This document shows, piece by piece, positions 1-12,337 of a DNA stretch of 64,000 bases (positions within the stretch are counted from its first letter, which is position 1; each line of letters starts with the position of its first letter). The notes under the pieces were generated by a model. The model was not told where the DNA came from. It worked only from the letters and a program-made list of their open reading frames with translations, and ran no database searches. The translations under genes and the position numbers were made by a program. Source of the DNA: Atractiella rhizophila (Eukaryota); assembly GCA_021432655.1 (NCBI GenBank), contig MU271274.1, positions 1 to 64,000 of the forward strand. The letters run 5' to 3'.

Positions 1-3000
1 TCGACCCATTCGCTGCCTCCGACCCGGCGACCGTCGGGAGGCATGGTACTACTCCTCTCCAATCTCAAGGGACGTTGTTGGATGAGGTTCTGTGGCGTGT
101 GTTTGCAGTGAGTCTTAGACATATATCTCGTTTTATCCTGATATATGTATTAGCGCCTGGTGGACATCTTGTTTCGAATCATCGCCCTTCTCTCGCACCG
201 TGGAACATGTCGAAGCATAGATTCATTGCTCGATCACCTTATACAGCTATCAAACGAAGCGTCACTTCCCGGGCTGCGAGCTCGCACACTGAATGTTCGA
301 GCGGAACTGAGGCAAAGGCAAGGGTTATATGAGGATGCTCAGGCAGACGTCAACGAGGCCGCAGGTCTCATCGCTGTACTTTTTTTAATTTTCCTATGCT
401 GCTAAGACATGACTCTCTCTATAGGTCAAAAGTTTTTCAGCAGTCGATAACGAACGTATACACGGGAATTTGCTTTCACAACAGAACTGCGGCGATGAAG
501 CGCAAGAGTTCTATTCATCAGCCCGAACTACGTTAAACCAGCTAGAAATGACCTGTAACCAAATTGTGGACCTTGTGCCCAAGTACGCAGCACCATATAC
601 TAGCAAAGCTCGGCTGACAATTCCCCAGCATGCAAAAAGCAGCCGCTTGCCTTGATCAGCCCGATCCATTTGCGCCGATTGTGCAAGGAGCAGTCATCAA
701 GGCACTGTGTGAGTTCTACGTATCATGTCTTATCGATTCGATTAACCACATCTTTTGCAACAGTCTCAATCGTTGAAAATGAAGAAGAATGCCAAGATCT
801 CCTGAACGATTTTATGAAGTTGGACAACTACTTAGAGCAGAAAGTGTGTCCGTTCAGTGTTACATGTTAAAGCTGCTGATGTAGGGGAAGGTTGAGGAGT
901 ATCAGCTTCTGTCCGCGATGAAGCTGCGTTCAGTGTTGCTCAACTTGCAGTCCACCGGATCTCTTGCCCTCGTATCGGAAGCAGGTAAAGCCTAGAAACC
1001 ACATTTAGAGTTTGCTCATTAATTCTCAAAGTGCTCTCGGCCCCTGCTGTTGGACAAATCGGCGCGAAAGATCGTCTGAAGAAGACATCCACTCTGTCAG
1101 ACGCGCAAGATTTCTTTTTCCGTTCACTGGAACTTTCAGTGATGCACGGAAGCTCTCTTTGCACTCGCGAACTGAGTTTATCCTTTGCGGCCGTGTCATT
1201 CTGGCAAAATGCCTTCGTCAGGGAGGCGGACAAGGTTGATGATCTGAGACTGTCTTTTGCTTTGGGTTCGTTTCTTGGTGCATGTGAATGATACTAATCG
1301 ACCATATAGATATGAGCATCAATCAGACTTTGCGACGAGAGGCCATAGAGCTCGCTACGGAGCGTTTACGCGCCGATACTATAAAACCGAACGAACGTGT
1401 TTGGGCATCTTTTCAGCCTGTAGCTGCCAACATGGACGTTGCCCCACCGCCACATGCGACCAATTTCAATGTCGTTGATTGGAACAAACTGAAAAATCGG
1501 TATACTTTACCCTTTGACAAAGCCTTGGAAAACTTCTCTAGCCTCGCAACAAGTCTTCCGGGAGATTGCATCGTTGTCCAACTGTCGGTACACGAAGAGA
1601 ACTTGATCATGGTACGCTACGCACCAAATAGGGATCCATTGGCATTCCAGATGCCCTTTCAACGATTCGCCCACCGCGAAGGGGAAGACGATGAACTCCT
1701 CCCACTTTCTCTCGCTAGAGAGGAGTTGCAGAGCATCATTGAAACCAGCAATAGGCTATCCAGTGCCTCGCCGTCCATCCAAACTGCGCGAGACAAGAAT
1801 AGCTGGTGGGAAGAACGGAAGAATCTCGATTTTCGGATGAGCTCTCTACTTGCCAAGATGGAGAAGAACTGGATTGGAAGTTTCAAATGTCTCTTCTCAG
1901 GATTGGTCTTAGAGGAGGATGTCGTCGATTCGTTTGCACAAGATTTAGAATTAGTGTTGCAGCAAACTATATTCCGCAGCCCTTCTGGGAAATCTTTGGG
2001 AAAAACGAAGGGTCCTCGATTAAATCGGCAAATTATCGAATGCTTTGCCTCTTTCTCAGGCACCTATACCGACGACGACCTTGAAGACTTTCTTCACTTC
2101 ATAATAGATTCTTATCAGGCTGCTGGGCTATCTATTGCTTCGGATGAAGTCGATGCTGACCGGGTACGCTGCTGCCTTCTGGTATGTGGATAGTCACTGA
2201 CTGTAGCGTGAAGATTGGTTGCGAGATTCGTAGCAAGCTGGAAACCGCCAAGTTGGCTTGCCGATCTAGAAATAATCAGCAACACGTCTTCTTAATTCTC
2301 GACAGGGAACTGCACTGCTTCCCTTGGGAATCTATGTCAATTTTACAAGACCGATCAGTCTCACGTATCCCTTCAATGTCTTTTCTGCAAGACCGCCTAG
2401 AGCTCACACCAGAGGACACTTGCGAAATAACGGTCGACATTCGTCAAACTCGCTTCCTGCTCGACCCCAAACTGGATTTCAAGCATACTCGAGGGTTGTT
2501 TCAACCATGGCTCGAAGAGATGTCGAAATATGGCTGGAAAGGTATAATTGGTCGAGAACCAATAGATTTAGAAATGAAGGGCCTGCTATCAGGATCCTTA
2601 TATTTGTATGACCGTGCGCGTGATGTTTGTGACTTTAACTCACGCAGGAATTAGGTATTTTGGGCATGGGAGTGGGGCACAGTTTGTCGAATCCACAAAT
2701 GTTAAAGCGATCAAAAAACTTGAGCATTGTCCCGTCGCCATGCTTTGGGGATGTTCCTCTGGACGTTTAAAGGAAATGGGCGATTTCGACCTATCCGGGA
2801 ATGCGTATAACTACATGCTGGCAGGATGGTTTGTTATGACCTGACGCTTCATCCAGAACTGACTCACTTGGACATAGTCCTTCTCTTATCGCCAACCTCT
2901 GGGACGTTACCGACAAAGACATAGATCGACTTGCTCAGTCCGTTTTCACGCATCTGGGAATATTTCCTCAGCCTTCCATCAGCAACACAGTTCCTAACTC

Positions 3001-3109
3001 GACACTCGCCCTCGCCCGAGCTCGTGAAGCGGTCAAGTTGAGGTATTTGACGGGAGCGGCTGCTGTGTGTTATGGCATACCATCACGCTTTGTTTTACCA
3101 CAGGTTTAA
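1..3109 (+). CDS. ESP1: Separase (peptidase C50), 3' part of a multi-exon gene; 5' end outside window
   Basis: Spliced exons give W(W)EERKNLD, LILDRELHCFPWESM, YFGHGSGAQF (catalytic His), MLWGCSSG (catalytic Cys), NLWDVTDKDIDR and AVCYGIP; TAA at 3107-3109. Confidence 0.93.
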
Positions 3110-3659
3110 GCTATGATTAACTTATTCTCGCAATGTGCATATTGCATCTTGGCTTTTACTGCATTGGAATGGATATCGGAGTAACTAGGAAGATGGCCCG
3201 AACATTGAACTCAAGGAGACTATAGAAGAAACGGGCTATAGTATTTCTTTCTCTTTGAGAGGCTGGTACCATATGCTATCTGCATAATTTTACACCAATT
3301 CGACGCACAAAAACAACCACTCCAAGGAAAGAAACGTTGCTTAATGTACTGGAACCGCAGAACTGTTGAAAGGGGTAAGATAAAAGGTTTGCAAAGTTAT
3401 AAGAGAAGAACGAACGGGATAACGAAACCACTCAACAATATTCATATTCAAGGGAACTTTTTACCGATCAAATTCTTCAGATTGAAACTTCGACACAACA
3501 ACACTTGGGATGACGACAAGAATGTGTAGGACGAAAGGAATAACAAGACGGTAACCAAAGGACCCAACGATTTTCAATCTTTAAACAGTGAAGACAAGAA
3601 AGTTGAACGAACCATTCATAGGCTCTAAAGGTTTCCAATGTAACAAGAAACAGCGTCCT

Positions 3660-6600
3660 TCAGTCATCGACGTCAGCAACAAACTCAGAACACATCGTCT
3701 GATAGCTTGTATACCCTTTCGGAGTGTTGATGATGTTGCTGTTTTCCAACGAATCATCAAAGTTGAAAATACCCCCTGAGATTCCGCTATAAGACATAAA
3801 ATCGTAACTATCACGATTCCTATCGGGCGTATCAGACGGCGTCTTGCTCATGTCGTAGTCGGATCTCCAAGCAGCCGGCTGCCTTTGTTCCACTGCCTTG
3901 AGTTGCTCGACGGGGACGTGGTTCTGGTACAGGATTTCGTCGTACCCAATCTTTCGAAGAGCTCGCACCGGCGAAGAGCTCTTGAACGTGGGTCGAGGAG
4001 ATCCCATGATAGCTTGACGGAACTGTCCGCTCCTGCTTCGAGCTCTCTCATGGATACCAGGAGTCGACGACGAGTTGGGATCGGGAGTGAAGAGAAGGGA
4101 AGGGTTCGCGGTGAAGTTGGCGGTGTAGGCGTCAGGGGTTCGGAAGATGTGCGACGACAATTCTCCATTGGCAGTCGGCGTGATACAACGGTTCTTTCTC
4201 GCCGGAGAGCCAGGAGCCGTAAAGCTGAAAGGAGCTGGTGAGCTTCCGATACCGAAAGTGGTATCGAAATCGTCCATCATATCGTCCTCACTGTAAACAA
4301 ATCCTTCAACATCCTCATCCGCAATGGGATCGAGTCCAACAGCCTCAATTTGATCTTTTCTCGCACTGTCCATGGCTTCCTCATCTAGACCCAGCTCCTC
4401 GCACGTGAAGGCTTCAGGTGAACACGACCGGGTTTCCTCATCTTCCTCATCCTCCTCCTCATCAATATCTGCTTGCACATTCTGCCAAGGCATCCTTCTC
4501 TGCACCACCTTTCCTCTCCCGAGCCGAGATCGCTTCGCAGGAGAAGCAGCTTCGATGGGAGAGCTCGGAATCTGTCCATAGTTTCGAGCCGTGGCGCTGG
4601 CAAAGGGTGGAGGATGGGGAGCGAGGAGAGTAACGGATTCCTTCTTATGAGCGGTCTCCTTCTTCTCTCCTCTCGAGTCCGTGCTCTTCTTGACCTTCAC
4701 TGGATTGAAGGGTCCGCCTTGAGCTTTGGCTAGGGCTGTCATATTAAGCTGCCAAAAGTGCGAGGAGCTCTTGTCCCCCTTCTCGCTCGGTTGGATCTTG
4801 TTAAGGAACTCCCTGTTTGTGGAAAGGTTGTGCCTGATCGAATTCTTCCAATCCGGGCACGGATATTGTTTTTCGATCAGCTCGACGTAGAAGGGATTCC
4901 TCGACATGATTTGGATGTAAATCTCGTGAAGGGTCAATTGCCTCTGTGGAGCGTACCAAAGTGCCTCAACGATGAGTTGCCAATACGTCAGGTCCGGTGA
5001 TTTGTGCGTCATCGAGTTATGGAAGGCTTGTTGCTCCTGAGCAGTGGGTCTTCCATACTCCGCACGTCCTTTCAGCTTTCCCTTGGACGCGAAGAGGCGT
5101 TCACAGTCCTCGACGCCCATGAAAGGCACCTGGCGCTCAGGAGGAGGCATGTACACTCCTTCAACCAGTGTGGGCTTCGATTTGATGGGCGTGATTGACG
5201 GCTCGAAATCTGGACTGGACTCCGTGAAAGCCGCTTGTGAATCGCTGTCGAAGATGGAGGGAATAGAGACACGAGACGATGAGGCAGCATAGATCCTATT
5301 ATGTGGTTTGACGCTGGATGAGCTGGGAGCGATCCTGATACAAACTTTCAAACTTGTCGCACCAGTTAGAAAGAAAGAGGCAAACCTTTGAGATGAAGGA
5401 GGCTCATAGTCACTATCGCAGTCGCTCTCGACCCTACTCTTCTTCTGCGGGCCTGAAGCCGTAGATTGCTTCCTCTTCCTTTTCTGAAGATTGCTCGCGA
5501 GAGGTGCTTCGGCGGAGCTGGTAGACGAAGGAGAGATGACATCGACAGAAATAATTGGATCCTCTTCCATAGGGATCACGGGAATATCCGGTTCCTACTC
5601 ACAATCAGCTTATGCAGGCGAGGAGGGGAGAACAAAAACAAACCTCGCAAAAAGCATCCCCCAGGCCAAGGCCTACATTCTTCCTTCCCAACTCATCCCT
5701 CCAGAGTTCCTCTCTTGTTCCTTCCCTATTATCCAAGAACCGACTCATGAGTCCTCTGCCCATCTTCCTCTGGTTTGCTGCTTCATTGAACTTGGCTTCC
5801 TCCTCCAACAAACTCCTGATATCGTCCTCCTCCTTCACCCTGACGTGACTAGGAGGAGACACCTCGAATCCAGACAATGCTTCAAATCTCCTACTCCTCC
5901 TATCCATGCCCTCCTTCTTCTTAATCTCCACCGCACGGACCATCATCGAATCCTCCATGCTCACTTTCTTCCTCACCCCCTCTCCGTTCGCGCCCCCCTC
6001 CTTTCCGCCTCCCCCAAACGCCGTACTCAAACCAGCCGTCTGCTCTCTGTCGTTCCCTTCCCTCCAACTCCTCTCAACGTTCGGATCGACAATATAGACC
6101 TGACTAGCATCATACGGCTCTCTCTTCTTCTGCACCGGAGCCTGGACCGTCCCATTCGTCCCAGGCTCAGAGACTCCCTTCCAGAGGTTCTTAGTCTCTC
6201 CCATCCTCCTCTTAAATTCCGCCTCATCGATCCCAATCTTCTCCAACATATCCCTCGTCGAATCTGACACCTTATTCGGCGGGCTCACCATCACATTCGG
6301 GGGTCTCGGCGCTCCCATTCCAGCATTCACGCTCAAGAATCCCGCCGAACTTGACCTTGGGATCCCACTCGGCACTCCTCCTCCTCCTCCGCCTCCTCCA
6401 AGGTAGACGCTCGACTTTGGTGGAAGATTGTTGGTGGACATGCTATGTGTGAGACCCTGAGGCCTCAACCCTGCACCAACGCCAGTCGACTGAGTCCTCA
6501 AAGGTTGACTCGCCGGGCGAGGAGGTTGGGAGGGAGGACGAAGCGGAATGTCGGGGCGGGGGAGTGGGATGTCAGCTTGAGAAGCGGGGCGGAGAGGGAG

Positions 6601-8212
6601 TGCGCTGTCGTTTTCTCCTCCTGCACTTCCAATACCAGAGCTAGCCCTGGATGGTAAATTGGTGACAGGCCTCGCTCTGACGTCTGACGCCATTGAGGAG
6701 GAAGGATGAGGTGCAACGGTGTTCGAGTGGGGGTCGGTGATGGTGAGTGTGGACTGAGAGGTTGAGGGAGGAACGGAGTGGAGGAGTGATGTGATGTGTT
6801 GCTGTTGTGAATAGCCCTTCTTTGCACTGTCCGGAGCTACTGTAGTGTTGAAAGAGGCACTGGAGTCTTGGCTGGAGGCGAAAGGGGCAAGTGCTCCAAT
6901 CCCTTGCCCACCCGAGGATTGGGAGCTTGGTGGTCCGTCTTCTAAGGTCGCAGGTCTTGGGGGATAATCAAACGTGACGGGCATGTTGTTTTCCTTCTTA
7001 TTCTTCTTCTGATTCGATGTCGTTCCTGCCATCATCGAAACCCACAGCGAGGAACAAGTCAATAACCGTTCTCCACAGCCCAAAACGTTGCAAAATGAGG
7101 ATGAAAGACGTACTCTTCTTCACGACCTTATCCGACTCGTCTTTCTTAGGTCTCCCCTTCTTCGTCTTCTTAAACCCCTGAACACTAAACGACTCTTCAA
7201 ACTGCTTAGATGCTTTCGCCACTCGACTTTTCGTCGTCCGAGTGACAGCTGCGTCTTCTTCTCTCTTCAAGTTTCTGCCCGCCTTCCACCTATTCGTTGG
7301 TTCAGGTTCGACGGGTAAGAGGACGCTCGATTCTTCCTTTACCTGAGGCTGAATCTGAGTCTGAACGACTTCCACAAAAGTAGGTGGTTGAAAATTGATC
7401 TCGGGAGCCGAATGGGAACGAAGGAGGTCTGGTCGTTGAGGATGTTGTTGTTCACTAAGAGTCGTAAAAGGCGAGAGAAATCGATCTGTTACCCGCCACG
7501 AACGCGCGTCAGTCAGCTCCACACGGCCCCTATCTCCGAAAACAACAAAGAAATAAGGAAGCGGGGAAGAAGACTGACGATCGAGTAAGGGTTGAGGGGT
7601 GTGATACTCCACTTGAGGATGCTGATATGCCTCGTACACAGGGGGAGACTGGGGAGTAGAGACGAGTCCGGACTCTCCGACGGGGGTGAGATGGACTCGA
7701 GGAAGGTGCGGCTCGTACGGCGTGAACGGGAGGTGTAAAATTGGCTCTTCTGCACCGGAAGAGGATGAAAGGGGGTGGGTATCCCCAGAAGGGACGAGGA
7801 GGACGGGTTGGAGTGGTTGTACTTGGGGCGTCTGGTCGGAGCAGTCAGACAGTCGCCGTTGTTGTTGTTCCGCGTGCAGTTCCTCTTCGTGTGGATGCTG
7901 CTGATCCTGAGAGGGTTGAGATTGGAAGAAGGGATAGAACTGTTGAAGGCGCGCGTGGAGGTCGTCAGATGGGGTCTGCGCGCGAGAGAGCGCGGGGATG
8001 GGGAGGCAATGCGCGTCTTGATCCGCGGTCGCGCTTCCCTGTTGATGTTGATTGTACGAGAAGATAGGGTTCTGGGGAAAGGCAAAGTTAGATATTATCT
8101 CTGCTGGACACCTTTGTTCGAGGCCGTTGGATGGAAATGGATGAAGACTATTATAAGAAAAGTGACTGAAAGTATTAAGAGGATTACTATGAACTTGATA
8201 TTGATACTCCAT
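3660..8212 (-). CDS. Large forkhead-box transcription factor (three ORF-track ORFs joined by splicing)
   Basis: Forkhead domain TYWQLIVEAL...LTLHEIY...WKNSIRHNLSTN...FWQL; GT-AG introns 7113-7026 and 5643-5595 join ORFs 8212-6998, 7083-5605 and 5579-3660 in frame; probable in-frame intron 5385-5335. Confidence 0.8.
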
Positions 8213-8949
8213 TTTTGAAATGAGGGAGCGTGAAACATGTAATTTGCCTGTGTTTTCGAAAGAAATGGCGGGTAGGGAAAGACGACGGTGGCGCGAAAGG
8301 GGGAAAAGGGGACGATGGAGGAGTTATATGGGAGGAAAAGTGATGGGAAGTTGCCACCCTGGCCTTCCCGCCGTCCTTCGCGTGGGAAAGTTTCACTCAC
8401 TCGTGGCGTTCCCAGATAAACGAGCAAGTTCCAACTCTTCCTTTCTCACACCAGCAGCACTTTTCCGAGGGCGAACGACGGGAAGGAGATGGAGGAGGTG
8501 GATGGAGATGCGATGTGACGATGACGATGACGGAACAATAAAAAATCCAGTTTCGCGATGTCGCTGGGGTGCTCTCGAGTGCAGCAAGACGCGGGGCAGC
8601 AGACGAGACTATCGAGCGATTAGCAGGCGCTGGCACGCGTGGTGACGATGGCCAGAGTGGATGGTCGCAGTAAGTTGTTTTTGCGATTCCTTTCAGAACC
8701 GTCACCTGACCCTATCTGTGCTATTGTTGTAATTTGTTGACCCTACAACCACGACCAACGAAACTGAACGCGTCAAAGGGGCATACTGTCACGAGCTGGA
8801 GTAGGATATAGTGGAGAGCGTAACGAAAGACTGCCACGTTGAACGAGAAAAATCCATACACAGGTGAGCTCCCAACGCGTCCATCAATCACTGGGTGCGC
8901 AAAGCCAACTGCAATCTCTGCACGAATCTCGCTTGCATTTCGATAAGAC
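8213..8949. promoter_or_regulatory. Divergent promoter between forkhead gene and Spc98 with MCB-like and SCB-like elements
   Basis: ACGCGT at 8768-8773 and 8875-8880; CGCGAAA at 8292-8298 and TTTCGCG at 8551-8557; lies between two head-to-head start codons. Confidence 0.5.
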
Positions 8950-11900
8950 ATGCTCCCACGCCTCGAATACGATCTATACGACCGTCTAGAAGACTCTCGT
9001 TTCTACCCCAAAGCGGCACGACCGCCTTCACGCTCGTCCACCATCTCCACCTCTCGCGAACCAGAATATTATCCACCACGTCCACCACCACGACAGACGA
9101 GCTCTCCCTCCCTCATCCCGAACAGGGACGACTATCGGTCCATCTCACCCACCATGAAGCACGGCCGCCTGCCCTCGCCTTCTCTGCCTCCAAGTCCCAC
9201 GCCTCAAGCTCGCTTCCAGTACCGGGACGAGAGGGAGAGGTATTACGATGGGCGAGAGACTAGAAATGGAGGATTGGAGCCGCAGATGCATTCGAAGCGA
9301 GGAAGGAAACTGCCCATGGCTCAGCTCTTGGCTGCACATCGATCCACAGCCGTACCCGTCCATCCGAACGAGAATCGAAGAGTACGTGGGCTACCGGAAG
9401 GCGTTAAGCCCCCGATTGAGGAAGAAGAATTGTTGAGGGATGTCATTTATCTTCTACAAGGCATAGATGGCAAGTGGGTTCGTTTCAAAGGCGCTCCGTT
9501 GAGGGAACTTGGGGAGGAAGAGGAGGAGGAAGAGGGAAGCGATGGCGGGAGCTTTGGTGGAGAAGAGGAGAGAGGTGGAGGAGGAAGCGGCGATGGTGGT
9601 GGTGGGAGAAAGGTGGAGGTGGCAGGAGTGGACGAAAAGGTGGAAGAGCGAGAAGGGGGCATCTGGGTGGTCGAAGATTCCGTCTACTCCATCCCTCCAA
9701 CCACGCTCGACCTCCTTCACCGTCTAGGCGAGCTCGGATTCCTCTACCGAAAAATCTCTCAAGCCATCCTCACCGCTCCCCGTCCCGTCAGACGCCATCA
9801 TCATCACCGTCCGCTTTCCAATCTCCACCCGCACGCCGCTGCCGCTCCTTCTGCCGGATCGGGGGGAGGAGGGGGAATGGTCCTCCAATCACTTCATCAT
9901 GCGCTGCAGAAAGAACTCCAGGAATATTACCGCACAATCGCGATCCTCGAGTCGCGTCTATCGCTACCCACGAATGCGGATTCGCTCGCATCGCCTTCCA
10001 AACACTCCAAACCGTCCTCGCAAACTCACTCGACCTCGTCCCAACAGCTCCTCGCCGAACTGGAGGAAGGAGGGTTGACTCTGAAACGGGTGTGTGTGTG
10101 GACTTCGGAGGTGAGGTTGAGGATGAGGACGATGTCGGTCTTGTTGGAAGGAAGCAAATCTACCCATGGTGGATCCCTCATCTCCCTCTTACACTCTTAC
10201 ACTTCCACCGGAGACCCTTTCCTCTTGAAATTCACAACCTCCCTCCTCTCCCTCGTCAGCATACCCTTCTTCAAGACCCTCTCGCTCTGGATTTACGAGG
10301 GAGAGCTCCAGGATCCGTTTGATGAGTTCTTCGTGGAAGTCAATCCGGAGATGAGGGATGGGTTGAGGAGGGAAGGATGGGAGGATGAGGGGTTCGGAGG
10401 AAGGGAGAGGGGGAAGGAAGAAGGCGGTGGAAGGAGGGAATGGGAGGGAAAGTTCGGCTTCAGAGAAGGCATGGTGCCTAGTTTCGTCGAGAGGGGATTC
10501 GCAAAGAAGGTGAGCCGACGTTCCCCTCTCCTCCATCAGCTGCCATGGATCCTGACTGATTCATTCTTGCTTGTGGGTAGATCTTCAGTACAGGAAAGAG
10601 CTTGAATTTCATCAAGTATTCTTGTGGCGACAAAGATTGGATCGTCACCCGTAACAAACTGTCGACCGACGCTTCTCGAGGTTTGTCCTTCATCCCTCCG
10701 TTCTCCTAACTAAAGAGTCACAGAGCTCAAATATTCCGACATCTCCGGCTTGGAAAGGAGCATCGAGTCGGCATACAAGATCGCCTCCCAACGTCTCTTC
10801 GACATCTTCTTTGAAAAGTTCCGGCTCCTTGACCACCTCCGTGCGCTGAAGAACTACCTCTTACTCGGACGTGGAGACTTTGTCGAGATCCTGATGGACC
10901 AATTAGGGTACTGCTCCTTTCCACTCCCCTCACATTCCACTCACAGTATGTTGATGGCAGTCCCTCACTCTCCAAACCTGCCAACACGCTCTACCGTCAC
11001 AATCTGACAGCAACCCTCGAGACCGCCATCCGGGGATCCACGGCTGCCTTGGACGACCAATCCATCCTTTCCCGTCTCGACGCGCGCATGCTCGAATTCA
11101 ATCACGGCGAAGTGGGCTGGGAGGTCTTCACATTAGAGTACAAAGTCTCTCGACCACTGGATACCGTGTTAGGGACTTGGGAAATGGAGGGGTACGAGCA
11201 AGTGTTTGCACAGCTTTGGAGGTTGAAGAGGGCAGAATGGACATTGGGAGAGGGATGGAGGAGGTTGATGGAAGGAGGACGAAAGTTTTTGAGAGTGAAA
11301 GAACTCGAGAACGACTTCCATGCCGCTAGAATCGCCCTGGCCGAGATGCTACACTTTGTGAGACAGATGATGTCGTTCTGTCAATTGGAAGTCATCGAGT
11401 GCGCGTGGAATGCTTTTGAGGATTTTGCTAGGAAGAAGGAGGGCGATCTGGACGAGTTGGTTGAGAGACATAAGGCGTATTTGGAGAGGATTTTGCAGAA
11501 GAGCTTGCTTGTTGTGAAGAATAAGAAAGGAGAATCAAACGTCTGTCCTCCTCCTCATCCTTTGTTCTGCACTGACCGATGGATGGATGGCAGCATGATT
11601 TATTGGTGAAAGTCCGAGAGATGTTTACAATATGCAATAAATACAAGGATGCTGTCGTCCGTCCCCCACCCCCATCCATCCCATCCCGTCACTTCTAACC
11701 CGTGTGGGCAGGATTCACTATGCAACTACGCGCTCGCCTCCGCTTCACGCTCCCAAGCCACACTCGACCGCACCCGCGGCCTCGCGCTTCCACCCACCAT
11801 CCTTCCCTCCCTCCCACCTCTGAATCCGGACGGTCTGACCTCAATCCGGGTGCGCCTAGCTGAGAACGCGGGACACTTTCAAGAGCGCATCCAGGCTTTG

Positions 11901-12053
11901 GTGCAGGTCCTGAGCTCAAGCAGCGCGAACAAGGATATGGACTTGAGGCTTTTAGGCGCAAGGTTGAACTTTGGATGGTTCTATAGAGTCGGAAAAGGAG
12001 GAGGAGGTGAGAGGAGGGATGAGGTTAAGAGCTCTGGAGGGAAGAAAAGATAG
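8950..12053 (+). CDS. SPC98: Gamma-tubulin complex component GCP3/Spc98 (multi-exon)
   Basis: LLRDVIYLLQGIDGK, LGELGFLY, WIYEGELQDPFDEFFV, HLRALKNYLLLGRGDF, GWEVFTLEYKV..PL are GCP3-type motifs; TAG at 12051-12053. Confidence 0.88.
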
Positions 12054-12337
12054 CAGATCATTTGCTAGTTTATCTTGTGGATGTTGAGTGCACATTCGTG
12101 TCGACGAAGTTTCTGATGGATACCCTAGTTGTGGATTGTCTGTTGTTAAAACAATTTAGATTTTTTGGACACGTCTAACAAAGAAAGAGCGAGGAGGAAA
12201 ACGACACCTCCAAGTTTAAGTTTAGGTATCCGCCACTTTATCTGCGCGGTCTCTTCGGTACCGAAATGATGGTGTCCTTTGAAATTGCATTGCTGAAGTT
12301 GAAGGCTTGAAAGTGACAGTGACGAGCTGGAAGGCGA

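Noticed and set aside
5491..10322. Long antisense or alternative-frame ORFs (5491-6267, 7513-8085, 9474-10322)
   Set aside because: Shadows of low-complexity coding sequence in the forkhead and Spc98 genes; no motifs
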